This document shows, in pieces, positions 37,213-50,479 of a stretch of DNA of 64,000 nucleotides. The stretch spans positions 32,281,307 to 32,345,306 of the forward strand of contig JAHRHZ010000018.1 of the NCBI GenBank assembly GCA_024137785.1. The letters run 5' to 3'. The translations under genes and the position numbers were made by a program. Origin of the DNA: Ginglymostoma cirratum (Eukaryota). The notes beneath the pieces are model-generated. The model was given only the letters and a program-made list of their open reading frames with translations, was not told the origin of the DNA and made no database searches. The first letter of the stretch is position 1. Each line of letters starts with the position of its first letter.

Positions 37213-40050
37213 TTTTATTCATTAGTGTGATGTGAGCATCACTGGCTGACCAGCATTTATTGCCCATCCCTAGATGCTCTTTTGAAGGTGGTGGTGAGCT
37301 GCCTTATTGAACAGCTGCAGTCCACCTGCTGTAGGTTGACCCACAATGACATTAGGGAGGGAATTCCAGGATTTTGACACAGCGACAATGAAGGAACGGC
37401 GATATATTTCCAAGTCAGGATCGTGAGTGACTTGGAGGGGAACTTGAAGGTGGTGGTGTTCCCAAGTATCTGCTGCCCTCGTCCTTCTAGATGTAGGTGG
37501 TTGTGGGTTTGGAAGGTGCTGATGAAGATCTTTGGTGAATTTCTGCAGTGCATCTTGTAGATAGTACACACTGCTGTTACCGAGCATCGGTAGTAGAGGG
37601 AATAGATGCTTGTGGATGTAGTGCCAGTCAAGCGGGCTGCTTTGTCCTGGATGGTATCAAGCTTCTTAAGTGTTACTAGAGCTGCAACCATCCAGAATAG
37701 TGGGGAATATTCCATCATACTCCTGACTTGTGCCTCATAGATGGTGGGACAGGCTTTGGGGAGTCAGAAGGTGTGTTACTCGCCGTAGTGTTCCTGTCCT
37801 CTGACTTGCTTGCGTAGCCACTGTGTTTGTGTGTCAAGTCTAGTTGAATTTCTGGTCAATAGTAACCCTCAGGATGTTGATAGTAGGGGATTCAGTGATG
37901 ATAACATAAGTGAATGTCAAGGGGCAGTGATTAGATTGTCTCTTGGTGATGGTCATGGCCTGGCAAATGTTACTTGCCACTTGTCAACGCAAGCCAGGAT
38001 ATTGTCCAGTTCTTTTACATTTGGACATGGACTGCTTCAGTATCTGAGAAGCTGCAAATGGTGCTGAACGTTATGCAATCATCAGTGAACATCCCCACTT
38101 CTGATTTGAGGATGGGGCAGTAGGTCATTGATGAAGCAGCTGAAGATGTTTTGGGTGAGGACACTACCCCGAGGAACTCCTGCAGTGATGTCCTGGAGCT
38201 GAGATGACTGACCTCCGACAAACACGATCATCTTCCCATCTGCCAGGCATGACTCTAACCAGTGGAGAGTTTTCCTCCTGATATCCATTGATTCCAGTTT
38301 TGCTAGGGCTCCTTGATGCCACATTTGGTCAACTGTAGCCTTGATGTCTCATCTCACCTCTGGAATTCAGCTCTTTTGTCCATGTTTGAACATGGCAGAA
38401 CCCAAACAGGGCATCACTGAGCAGGTAATTGCTGAGCAGATGCTGCTTGATAGTACTGTTGATGACATCTTCCATCACTTTACTGATGATTGAGAGTAGA
38501 CTCATGGGGCGTTAATTGGCTGGGTTGGATTTGTCCTGCTTTTTATGTACAGCACATACTTGGGCAATTTTCCACATTGTCGGGCAGACGCCAATGTTGT
38601 ACCTGTGCTGGAACAGCTTGGTTAGGGCAGCAGCAGGTTCTGGAGCACAAGTCGTCAGTCCTATCGCTCGAATATTGTCAAGACCCGTAGACTTTGCATT
38701 ATCTAGTGTCTCCAACTGTTTTTTTGATATCACATGGAGTGAATCGAATTGGCTGAAGACTAGTAACTGTAATGCTGGTAACCACTGGGAGAGGCTGAGA
38801 TGGATTATTCAGTTGGCACTTCTGACTGAAGTTTGCTGCAAAAGCTTCAGCCTTATCTTTTCACTGACGTGCTGGGCTCTTCCATCATTGAAGATGGAGT
38901 TATTTGTGGAGCCTCCTCCTCCAGTGAGTTGTTTACTGTCCACCACCATTCATGACTGGATGTGGCAGGACTACAGAGCTTAGATGTGATGTGTTGGTTG
39001 TGGGATCGCTCAGCTCTGTCTATCACTTGCTGTTTATGCTGTTTGGCATGCAAGTAGTTTGGTGGCTTCACCAGGTTGATACCTCATCTTCAGGCATGCC
39101 TGGTGCTGCTCTGCTCCTGGCATGCCCTCCTGCACACTCCATTGAACGAGGGTTGATCCCCTGGCTTGATGGTAGTGGTTGAGTAGGAGATATGCCTGGC
39201 CGTGAGGTTACAGATTGTGCTGCAGTACAATTCTGCTGCTGTTGATGGCCCACAGCACCTCGTGGATGCCCAGTCTTGAGTTGCTAGATCTGTTGGAAGT
39301 CTGTCCCATTTAGCATGGTGATAGTGCCACACAACATGATGGAGGGCATTCTCAACGCGAAGGCGGGTCTTGGTCTCCACAAGAACTTGTGGAAGTCACT
39401 ATCACTGATACTGTCATGGATAGATGCATGTGCAGCAGGCAGATCTGTAAGGATGAGGTTAAGTATGTTTTCCCTTTTGTTGGTTCCCTCACTACCTGCC
39501 GCAGACCCAGTCTAGCAGCTATGTCCTTTAGGACTTGACCAGCTCGATCAGTAGTACTGCCGCTGAGCCACTCTTGGTTGAGCATTGAAATCCCCCACTA
39601 GAATACATTTTGTGTCCTTGCCATCCTCAGTGCTTCCTCCCAGTTCAAAATGAAAGAGAACCCATTCATCAGCTGAGGGAGGGCAGTAGGTGGTGATCAG
39701 CAGGAGGTTTCCTCACTCATGTTTAACCTGAAGCCGTGAGATTTCATGGGGTCAGAGTCAATGTTAAGGGCTCCCAGGGCAACTCCTTCCTGACTGTATA
39801 CCAGTGTGCTGCCACTCCTGCTGGTTCTGACCTGGTGGTGAGACAGAACATATCCAGGGCTGGTGATGTTGGTGTCTGGGACATTGTAAGGTATGATTCT
39901 GTAAGTACGACTATGTCAGGACATTGCTTGACTAGCCTGTGAGACAGCTCTCCCAATCTAACCCCCAGATGGTAGTGAGGGGGACTTCGCCAGGTTGATA
40001 GGACTGTTTCTGCCGTAGTCTTTTCTGATGCCTGGGTTACTGCCAGGTGA
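37213..40050 (-). mobile_element. CR1-group LINE, long decayed ORF2 (APE plus RT) with 3' tail
   Basis: Peptides LGELSHRLVKQCPDIVVLTESYL, VWHYHHAKWDR, KLCSPATSSHEWW, WKIAQVCAVHKKQDKSNPAN, AGVPRGSVL and MEYSPLFW...LDTIQDKAARL. Confidence 0.92.
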
Positions 40051-40344
40051 TCCCTCGTGTTGATCTCAGACATCGTGCTGCGTCTTTTCCAGCTGAAGTG
40101 AGGTTCGGAGGGTGGCAACCAAATGGACCTCAGTGTACTTGACATCATTCTGTGATTCTGTATCTCCACATTTTAGATCCCAGATCCAAGCGAAAGTAAT
40201 TGTGATCTCTCATCAATATTGGGGGTGGAGAACCTCCATTGACATGGGAGTGGGATTACAGCGACAAATTTAGATTATGAATGTGGTGAGCTCATCACGT
40301 CAATAGTTGACAGTAAATGCAAGTGGAGGTGAAAGCAAAAAAAA

Positions 40345-40870
40345 AAAGACGTGTGTTGGCGGGGTGATTGAGTTGTGGTGATTATGAATGGTTAAAACTC
40401 AAATGGCCGAGAGTGGAAAGGGCTAACTCGAAATCCAGAGGCTGGCTGTACGTGGGTGACTGCTGTCGCGTTTCCCTTTACAGTCGGTTTCGATTTTACA
40501 TGTTGCCACTTCCTGAAGGCGCCTGGCTGATGGTGCACTGTGAGCGGAGAGCGCTGCACTGACTGTAATGCGAAGGTTTCCCCCGAGACCAGCTCCGCCG
40601 GCTCCGGGAGGTAAGGCGGCTTTGACCGTGATTTATATGGCTTCTTGCTTGAGCGCTGGCGACCTGTCAGAAAGCGCAAGAGTGACTTCAAATTCAGCGA
40701 CTGACTTGCAGGGATAAACATGTGCTGGTTGCTTCGAAAGTTTTTGTTTTAAACGCACGGTTGTAATCACTAACCCGTTATAGCGAAATTCAGGCGTTTT
40801 CCTATCTGAGAGCGAAAAGGAGGGAGTTCCTGAGGCCTTTAAAATGGCGCTGAAGTGTACGATCCTAACA
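40345..40870 (+). promoter_or_regulatory. CpG-rich promoter / first exon candidate 1 (gene unidentified, possibly TRAF5)
   Basis: Local CpG enrichment in a CpG-depleted window. GGCGGGG box, ETS ACTTCCTG 40508-40515, strong donor GAG|GTAAGG at 40610/40611, YY1-like AAAATGGCG at 40841. Confidence 0.65.
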
Positions 40871-41754
40871 TTGTTTGTCTTCTCTTGTTCATTCCCAACA
40901 TTAAGTGGTGGCCACAGATTGGTTTATTATTATTGTTATGAGGCCGGGCAGCTGACCCTGCACCCTCCCGGGGAACAGAAGCTGATCCTGAGCCAAAGCA
41001 CTGCACTGGAAACGCTGACAGGAGGAAACAGCAAAATGTGGAAATCCCTAGGTCCTGTGAATTTCTCGTGTGAGAGAATCTTATTCCTGCAGTTTCCTCA
41101 GTAGATTTAACTTTATATTACCTGATGGCATCAGTCAAGGGTACATTGTGTCTCTGAATATTCCTGCAACGTACATCTAGAAATTACTGCTGGTGATGTC
41201 AGTGGATAAAAGCTCACCACATTTGCAGGGCATTCATTCCTTTTATTATCTATTAATACGGTCATGGATTAAAACAGTAGGGCACTCCGTCATTTTCTAT
41301 TAATACAGGCCGTGGATTACCTGGTTTAATATAGAGGATGCAGGAATACCACACGAACGCATAAATACTTCTGCCAATGGTAACTACTGAGTTCTGGCGG
41401 AAAAACAGATTAGTCAGCGCATTTAACCAGCGAGGAGCTGGTACGATTTATCACCCCTCTGTTGGAGTCTCTTACCCCCAACCATACCTTCGCCAAGTTT
41501 AATTCAAAAAGTTTTGAAATCTGGAAACAAATACCAGAAAATTTCTTAGGAGTTGGAGGTTCAGCTATTACATGTTTTAAAACAATGATTCATGACCACC
41601 ATTACAATCTTTGATGCCATAATCAGATCTGCAGTTGAAGACTTTAATTAAGCACTCATTGCATATTGCACTCGCAGCATTGATATCTGAAACATTAGCA
41701 ATTGCAAAATTATCAGAATAACCTACCGGAATATTTAAAAATAATTTCCCTCTA

Positions 41755-41858
41755 ATGGCACAATTGTAATGTCCTAACCTCTATACCCAGAAACCTAGGT
41801 TTTAGTCCCACCTGCTCCAAAAGTGTGTAATAACATCTCTGAACAGGTTGATTAGAAA
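41755..41858 (+). mobile_element. Short tRNA-derived SINE
   Basis: Matches 34186-34290 (agtcccacctgctcca...aacatctctgaacag). Confidence 0.65.
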
Positions 41859-42654
41859 AATGTGTAAAAAAATTCCAGTTGATCAGGATTCTTTAAGTCC
41901 TGCTAATATTAAAAGCTACTAGTACAGAACCTATTAAGTCACTGTCAAATAGGAAAAAATGTTTCCATTATAATCCAATACAAGATAATTATGAAGCAAA
42001 ATGAAATTTATTTTACAAAACTTGCTTCACTATAATCCAGATTTATTAAAACATTTCATGTATTGATCACACTTTCTATACACAGTGTTTACTTAAAAAT
42101 TATACAATTTATACTCACAAAAGAGTGTAAAATATTTTATAATGCCATAACCCTATCTCATCATGCCAATGTTTGTAATGGAAACATTGGCCTAGAAAGT
42201 GTTTACACCCAGTTCAGATGTGAGTTCTATTATGCCAATGATGCTGACAGCACATGGATGCATTCACTGGGTCTCCTTGCATCATCAAGCTGTGAGAGTC
42301 TGTCAAGAGAACCGGTGGCACCCCAAGAGCTAAATGCACTGATCCTGATGAAGAGAGGTATATAGCAGACCTTTAGTAAGTCTGGATATGAGGGAATGCA
42401 GCTGAAAGGGAAGTCAAGTATTGCCAGCAGCATCCCACAGTAAAAATGCAGATCCGGAAGAATCCCTGTTCCTCATGGTTCCCAATTCAGATGAGTAAAA
42501 ATGTTGCTAGCGGATTCTTAAGTACTCCTGGTTTGGACTGAGTTAACTGTCAGTGTGAAGGTCTGGATGCAGTCAGTCACAAACTAAAGCAGTCATGCTC
42601 TACTCATCTACTCCATTTGCAGAAGTGTTAGTGGGCTCCAATTGTCTTATTTGC

Positions 42655-43995
42655 AAAACTAAACTTTATTCATAAATATTTCTACGAGTACATCACAAAA
42701 CATTTCCAGTTAGACATAACAGAACAATGAAAAGTAGTATTTCTCAGTTGAGCATTTTGCACTCTTGGATGCTTCAAACCAAATGCAAAACTGAAATTCA
42801 CTAAATGTAGACCAGAAGCTATGCTCATTTCAGTATAAGCCATGAGGTGTTCAATATATTAGCCCTGGGGTGCATTATGGCAGTCAGGCCTTGGATGGTG
42901 ACTTTTCCCTACAGCGCTTCAACAGTGGCCTCCTCAAACTTCAGTACGTCCCTCAGTCCTGCACCTTAAAATGTGTCAGTCAGTAAAACTGAGTTGAGAA
43001 CACCTGTTCACACTGGAAGACAAACAAGTTTCAGGCAGACCACAGAGCATCTTTCACCAAGTTTATGGTCATCCAGGCACAGTTGATGTTTTTCTTGGTA
43101 TGTGTCCCAGAACAGAGCCCATAGAGCACAGAATCCTGTCCTACAGATCGCCTCGGGATGAACCTTGACAAAAACCACTGCATCTCACTCCAGAGATTCT
43201 TTGCAAAGGCACATTCCAGAATAAGATGTGTGCCAGTCTATTCACCATTGCAGCTGTTTCGAAGACACAAGAGAGTCCAGGCTTACATGAAAGATCTAAC
43301 AGGTAGTGCTGTTCTCACCACCAGCCAAGCTACGTACTGGTGCTTGTTGGAAAATTCTGCCAGTGAGGCATTCTGCCGAATGACTTTGATGGTTCCGCTC
43401 AAACAACTATCCAACAGATCAACCATCTTCTTTCCCTGTGATGAAGTTATGTACTGACTGCTGCCTATGGATGTGTGGGTCAAAGATGTTTGCCAGTACA
43501 CATTTTTCCATGAGGGATAGCTGATGCAATGTGGGAAACTACTTTGAGTGTTCCATCCTTCACAACACCAAGGACATATAGAACCTCAGCATATAGTGAC
43601 ACTAGGTGATTACATACTGAACATCTAGGTACAGTTTGATGCAGTCACACACAAACGTGACCGTCAGAGTGAGGCTGACATTGGCTACGTTCTTTCACAC
43701 TCTATGCAGAGATTTTGACGTGGTGACTGTGCCCACCCGATCCATCTTTGGCTTCCAGAGGAAGTGGAAGATGGTTTGGGTGACTGCTGTGGTGCAGGCT
43801 CAGGGAATGGACCAGACCTGTGCCACATGCATAAACAACAGGAGCAGCTCTCACATGATGATCAGATTTTTATCCACATCGGAAAGGGGTCTGCACTCAC
43901 ACATGTCCAGTTTCTGCCTCACCTTGGTGATATGCTCCTCCCAATTTTTAGCCTGGCCCTTCTGAATCTTGTGCTTAGCGTTTTCAGGTAATCTG
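42655..43995 (-). mobile_element. L1/Tx1-clade LINE 3' portion (end of RT plus C-terminal Cys-rich domain), decayed
   Basis: Minus-strand peptides QNASLAEFSNKHQYVAWLVVRTALPVRSFM, HLILECAFAKNLW, VLYGL and LVKDALWSA. Minus-strand poly(A) signal (tttatt at about 42665). Confidence 0.8.
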
Positions 43996-44034
43996 ACATG
44001 ATGGCGCAGAAGATAACAGATAGGTCGTGATAGT

Positions 44035-44280
44035 TGTAGGGATCACAGATTTAAAACAGAGATGGAGAAATTATCATGAATCTGTGGGATTCACTCGTGT
44101 ACGGTAGATCCTGGGACATTGAGTAAATTTAAAGACGAGTTAGACAGATTTTTAATTAGTATTGGGGAAGTGGTAGGAGAATGGAGTTGAGAAGAGATTG
44201 GCCATGACCATATTAAATGGTGGAGCAGGCTCAAAGGGCTGAATTGCCTATTCTACTTCTTAGCTTCTTGTGATTCCTGA
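44035..44280 (+). mobile_element. CR1 3' end
   Basis: tgaatctgtgggattcact...tagacagatttttaattagta...ggagcaggctcaaagggctgaattgcct. Confidence 0.65.
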
Positions 44281-44497
44281 TACCAGATTACAGTTTGCAA
44301 CCTTCTCCATTTGTTTTACATGACCAAAACCAGATACACACAACATCTTTAAACAATGGATGTGCAGAAAACCAAAACAACTGTGTTTTGTTTCCTCAAG
44401 TAGAGTCAAAACTCAGTCATTGTTTGTCTTTTCCAATCCTGAATTTTTGTGCAAATTGTTGAAGAAAAACTTACAATATTACATCCAATTATCTTTG

Positions 44498-44762
44498 AAT
44501 CTTACAGCATGGAAACAGACCCTTCGGTCCAACCAGTCCATGCTGACCATAATCCAAAATTAAACTAGTCCCGCCTGCCTGCACTTAGCCCATATTCCTC
44601 CAAACCTTCCCTGTTCATGTATTTGCCCAAAGTGTCTTTTAACTGTACCCGCATTCACCACTTCCTTTGGAAGTTCTCTCCCTACTCTAATCACTCTCTG
44701 TATAAAAAAAAGTTGCCCCTCATGTCTTTTTTAAATCTTCTCTCACCTAAAAATATGCCCCC
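44498..44762 (-). mobile_element. CR1/HER1-like 3' end
   Basis: tacagcatggaaacagacccttcggtccaaccagtccatgctgacc; similar to 33365-33632. Confidence 0.7.
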
Positions 44763-45059
44763 TAACAAGTTTTATTGTGAGCAAGAGTCCGAGAAGGAAA
44801 GTATTTCCTCCAAAACTGAAGCTACCAATTTGTTTCTTATCCTGTCTTCACTGTTCCATTTTCTCATCTCAAAACAACCTTAGCTCAGTGTTTCCTAACA
44901 TGGCCATGGAAACATATAAATCATACATCCTATAGTTTCGGCAAACAAAGCACTGTGTCAGCTAAAATTGTACATTGACACATTGAACCCTGGAGCAACC
45001 AGAAATGAATAACTTTGAACCATTGCATTTCTTCTAGTTTCAGTACAAATTTACAAAAA

Positions 45060-45530
45060 AACTTTACATAATATCAAACCAAATCTTCATCTCACATTGC
45101 TTACATTGGTAAATTATCCATTGCAACACACTGGATCCTAGTTCAACAGCTCATAAACTTTAAAATTCTCATTCTGGTATTCAGTTCCCTCTATGGCCAC
45201 TCTATTCTCTGTAATCTCCTCCAGTCTGACAAACCTTACAAGGTCTTTGCACTCCATGAATTCTAGCCTCATCTGCATCCCTGATTTTAAAGGCGTTACT
45301 CTTAGTGCCTGTGCCTTCATTTGCTGAGGCTGTAATCTCTGAAAAGTCATTCCTAAACCTCTCCACCTTCGCTTGTTTCAAATGCTTCTTAATATGTACT
45401 TCTGTCTATGCTTTTGGTCATCTTCCCTATTACGTCCTTACATGCTTTGGTTGTCTGATTTTGTCCCTGAAGATCCTCAAGAGTTCCTATATTTAAGGTA
45501 CTATATTAATATAAGTTTCTGATTGTTGTA
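45060..45530 (+). mobile_element. L2-type LINE 3' end
   Basis: tttaaaattctcattctggtattcagttccctctatggcc...ctcttcaagagttcc-like end followed by tatattaatataagt. Confidence 0.55.
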
Positions 45531-47399
45531 CATTTGAAAGTTTCACCCACACCCAAAGACCTAGTCTTGGACTTAACAGAGTTGATTTCGATGTTTTTAC
45601 GTGAAATTAATAGACGGTAAGAGGCTCAAAATGAGGTTGGTGGCTAACTGCCCTATTAACAGTAACAGAGTGGTTGGCTCCATTTTGAAAGTTGCAATCT
45701 CTACTTTAATATGGAAATTGGTTGTCCTATGATACATATAGTACTGCAAATGTTATTTTTTTTTGGGCCTTGGTTGGGTCTGCACCATGCAATGTATCAT
45801 CCGCATCACAGACAAATGAAACAGAAAAGGCCTGCTAAAATGAAAACATTGAATTATTCTGTGAACTGCAGAGGTGTAGGATTGCTTTTCTGGTGCCTAG
45901 AGAAATAATTAGGTTGCCAGCACCCAGAAACCCACCCTCCACGTTTACAATCCCCTCTTGCAACTCACCTTTTTATCAACTGCCCAAAGCCTGATTCTGA
46001 GGCCTCAAAATTACAGGGTTCTGGACCTTATTGTCAATTGATCAGTCGTCCAAAATGATTTACCTGAATTAGCTGCAGTCCTACAGTTTCTCACTATGCA
46101 TCAGTAGTGTTTAGATACCCAAACAATTGAATGCCATTCTTCGGTGTCTGATCAAAGCTGCGTGCTTTCCAAAAAAACAATTTAAAGTAATGCTGGGCTC
46201 AAGCTATTACTATCACTCGATATTACACGTGATGTGAAATTACCATCAGTTACTTTTTAAAAACCATTGCTACTTGCTAACCTGATGAGAACTTTCTTAA
46301 GTTTGAAATCGTCCAGTGAGTAAGATTTGTGACGACAACTTTAAATGAACTGAAACAGATGAAACTACAATTTTTAATGGTGAAATGTGCCTCAATGGAT
46401 TTTTTTGAAAACTTAAGACTTTTTAAAAAACTTAATTGTGTGTATAAGGGTATATTGGAGAATTTTGGTGGTATTATATATCAAAGTCTTATTCTAAATA
46501 ATACAAAGAAAATGAGACAGGTCTGACATCATAATAGCCTCTTTAATAATCAAATGGCAACAGATGATGTCAAAACAATGATAACTTTGCAAGATTGACT
46601 CTGTGGAAGAAAGCTCTTGCAGTTATTTAATTTTATCCTTCTGGAATATTAACCAATTTTAACTACTCTGACACATTACTGCACTCTGCTCTGTACTAAC
46701 TCACACTCACAAGACACTGACACTCTAATCATCTATTCCAACAGCAGCCAAATATCATAAACAGAAACCATAGGAGACCATGAGATTTGTGAATACCACT
46801 TTTAATCCAATAGTGACAAATTACCCTAACAATTTATTCCAACCAACAAACTCTTCTAGAATATCCACTATTTTCAAAAAGAATGTTGATAGTACAGCAC
46901 CCTAAATTAAAGCTATCACAGTTATTTTTCAGTATGGTACCCACAAATTAAGCCGTGGGACATGCTGTTTCTAGTCTGGAGACCAAAACGAGGGATTGCA
47001 GTCTCATAATAAGGGATCAATCAAAGTTCTTTGGAAATCTCTACACTTAAAAAGCTGTGGTGCTCCACCATTGAACATATTCAGGTCAGAAATGATAGAT
47101 CCTTGCAATCTAAACAGGTCAAGGAATATGGCCATCAGCAGGAAGGTAAAATTGAAGTAGAGGAGCGCCGATTTTATTAGAAATGGAGGAACAGGATCAA
47201 AAGAGACAAATGACCTAGTCACGTTCCTGTTTCCTTTTAGGTTCTTAAATCTGATTGGACCTGTGCGAGCTGCTATCATTTAGTGGCACACTTTTGTTTA
47301 TTAATCTTATTGTGTGTATTCGAGCACTATTTATCCATATGCCATACTGGAGTATAGATAAAATACAGCTGTTAAAATTCATGTGCAACGTTGCTTGTT

Positions 47400-47765
47400 A
47401 ATTTGCCATATGCTGATAAGTCCGGTTTGTGTGTACGCGTGCAGCTCCGTGCAGCGAAGGTTCGGCTGGGTGGAGAGTAGCGGATGTGGTGCTGTTGTTG
47501 CTGGTACCGCTGTTACTCTCCGGGAGCAGGCGGAAAGCGCGGGGATTTCCAATCATTTACCATTTGCGGCAGGCAAGAACTTTCTTCTTCTTCTTCTTCT
47601 TCCCTCGCTGCCCTCTGTGGATCTGAGCTCGTTTCATTTCATTCTGGCTCTCAAAAAAAAATCAACAGTTTCCAAGGCGAGAACAAACGAAATCGAAAAT
47701 AATGAAAGTTCTTCTGAGTTAAGTCTGCTGACAAAGAAATAACACCCCGAATTTCACAACCGACA
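47400..47765 (+). promoter_or_regulatory. CpG-rich promoter / first exon candidate 2 with consensus NF-kB site
   Basis: Dense CpGs. GGGGATTTCC at 47541-47550, NRF1-like tgtacgcgtgca at about 47432, possible GC-type donor CAG|GCAAGA at 47572/47573. Confidence 0.6.
47582..47602. repeat. (TTC)7 microsatellite
   Basis: ttcttcttcttcttcttcttc seen directly. Confidence 0.9.
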
Positions 47766-47879
47766 GCATATTTCCCTTCTTTTAAATAATGGTGTGGAAG
47801 GGGGTTTAGAAAGTCTATGCAAGTTTGTTTAAATGCGTTGCAGTGTTTCACTAGTCAACAAATTAGGGCCATAGGGTAG

Positions 47880-48280
47880 CCCAAAACAGTTTACAATCAT
47901 TTAAGTACTTTATTTGAGGTGTGCTCCTTGTTGCAATTTGGGGAAACTCAGCTAATTTGCAGCAAACTCCCTAGCGGCAATACAATAACGATTCTCCTGT
48001 TGATTTGAGGGATTGAAAACTGGCCAGGACATTTGTGTGGATGAGCCACTTCCTCATTTTCAGATCACGGAATCTTTTGCATCCACCCCCCGTAAAGGAA
48101 TCTAGGGCATTACTTTAGCCTCTCAACTTTTTTTTTTAGAAAAAGTCACCCCTAGTAACGGAGTACTACTCCCTCCTTCAAAACCGCGCTAGCATATCTG
48201 CTTTGTGCTCAAGCCCTTCAGGGGGACTTGAACTCATGACCTGTCGACTCGGAACCATCAACCGAACCACAGCAGTCAGT
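47880..48280 (-). mobile_element. DeuSINE-type SINE, decayed
   Basis: Reverse counterpart of 1545-1940: tggccaggaca, ggaatcttttgcatccac, tgtgctcaag...gggacttgaac. Confidence 0.6.
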
Positions 48281-50479
48281 CTTGGGGTTGGTGGGAAAAT
48301 GTGTCAGAGAACGATCTCCAGTTTATTTCTATAGCTTTATTCCAGTGATCTGAAGTGGACTTTTTTTTTCCTGTAATTATTTCTAGATATTTAGCAGGAT
48401 GCAGCAAAAGCCTTTTGCACGTCCCACATATTAATGCAAAATGTGTGAGTATCTATAAATGACTGGTATGGAGTCTCTAGTAGGAGGGTATTGGTAAAAT
48501 GGGCTCAAAATGAGCAGGCTCTTTACAGCTTCCAACAACATGGAGCTATGCTCTGAGGGCTCTGTGCTAAGTAAACTTGAATGTAAACCATCTCCTATCA
48601 ATTGTAACCAATTGGTAACTGGAACAAGGCTGCGTTCACCACCACCACCACACATGACAAGTGGGATTGTCAATGAATGAAGTATTCTTCAACTTTTAAA
48701 ACTAATTGACCTGCCCTGCTGTTCTGTAGATCAATTGACCAATTTAGTATTCTTAGTTTTCATTTTTGTTTGACTTCAATTGCCTGCTGGTCAGGTGGTT
48801 GTGAGCAATTTTTCAAATCTGGAGTAAGCCGCTTGGCCCTTCAACTTAAGCTGTGCCATTCAGTAAGATCATGGCTGATCCCTGATTTTTAAACTACGAC
48901 CCCTAGTTCTAGATTCTCCTCGAAGAGGGAGCATTGTCTTTACATCTACCCTGTTGACATTCCTCAGGATCAAGTTGCTTTGTCAAGTTTGCTTCCATCA
49001 ATTTGAATCTTATTCTTCCAGTGGATATAACCCTACTGTGTCCAACCCATCTTCCTAAGGCAACCTGCCTATTCTCGATATTGGGCTAGTAAACCTCCCT
49101 GAACTGTTTCCAACAATCTACATTTGTCCTTAATTAAAGAGGCCACTACTGTTCACAGTACCCCAGATGTGGTCTAATCAATATTCTGTAGTTATTTTAA
49201 TCAACCTGTTGGGACATGCTGTTACATACCACCAGGGCAAGTGGGACTTCAACCCAGACCTTGGGATACTACCACTGTGTCACGAGACCCCTTCCAATGT
49301 CCTGTACAGTCGAGGCATAACATCTCTGCTTTTTCCAATTCCCTTCACAAATAACAGTAACATTCTATTAGCTTTCTTACACAAAGCCACTATAGTCCCA
49401 GCAAACTATAGGGCTAATCTCTTACAGAGAGACACTGGTGGTGAGTTTAACCTGAGGGTCATCACGCCTTAGGTAAGGGGTGAGGTTGAGAAGGCAGTAC
49501 CTTCATGGTAACCTCAGCCAGAGCAGTGATGTTCCTTTGCATAACAAACCAGCAGTCCAGCCAAATGAGCAAACTGACATTAACAGTAGACAAGATATAT
49601 TGTTATCTCCTAACAGGTGTTTGCTAAGTCTATTCTACATGTTCTAGTCAGTTCTACACACTACAAACCAGCGTAGAATATCTGACTAGCTCCTCTTAGA
49701 CAATCATATATTTCTCAGTCAGCTGAGCTATTCCAAAGCTTTTGAGTAAACCCTTTCAGGCTTATACAACAATATCCTTGACAACTTACTTTTCTGCCTA
49801 TCTTTGTGCTTTCAGCAAATTTAATAACCAAAGGGAGCTTGTGGTCCCTTCATATTTGGATGGAAATCATGCAAACACTCCAGCCTATGAACTCTAGGAG
49901 TAAAATATATATTTAAGCTGTCTAGTACGGAAATGAATGCAACATCAAAGAAAATACGGAAAATAGAATGAAAGGGTATATAAATCGTGTTGCGCTTAAA
50001 GGTTTATAATCCTGTTATTCAAAAGAGCGATGAAGTGCAACCTAGAAATTAAAACGCAATTAAGATTGCAAATAGAAACTTCATAATAGCTTTCACAGGG
50101 GTGTTCTGTATCCAACCTGGCCTCAAATTATCTTTTTATTTGAGAAAGTATCTAAGTCAATGAGGAGAGATAGTTGGTGAATCTATGTGCTTTGACTTTA
50201 TGGAAGGTTTTGGCTCTTCATTTAACGTCCAGTAAGCTAATAGTACTATCACATATTTCCTTTTAAGGTGTAACTGTTTTATGAATTGGTTGTTTGCCTT
50301 TTTCAAAAAAAATTGCCAACAAAATTAAGTCAGAGAGGTAAGCTCAGGAGGAAACCACTGCATTTTTAGCATAATGGAGAAACCAGCAAAATTCTACAGA
50401 AAGAGCAGCTGTGATCATAGTCAGCTGAACAATTCAGAATGATTGTTCCAGGCTGATATTCATGTATTCTGACTCTGTA

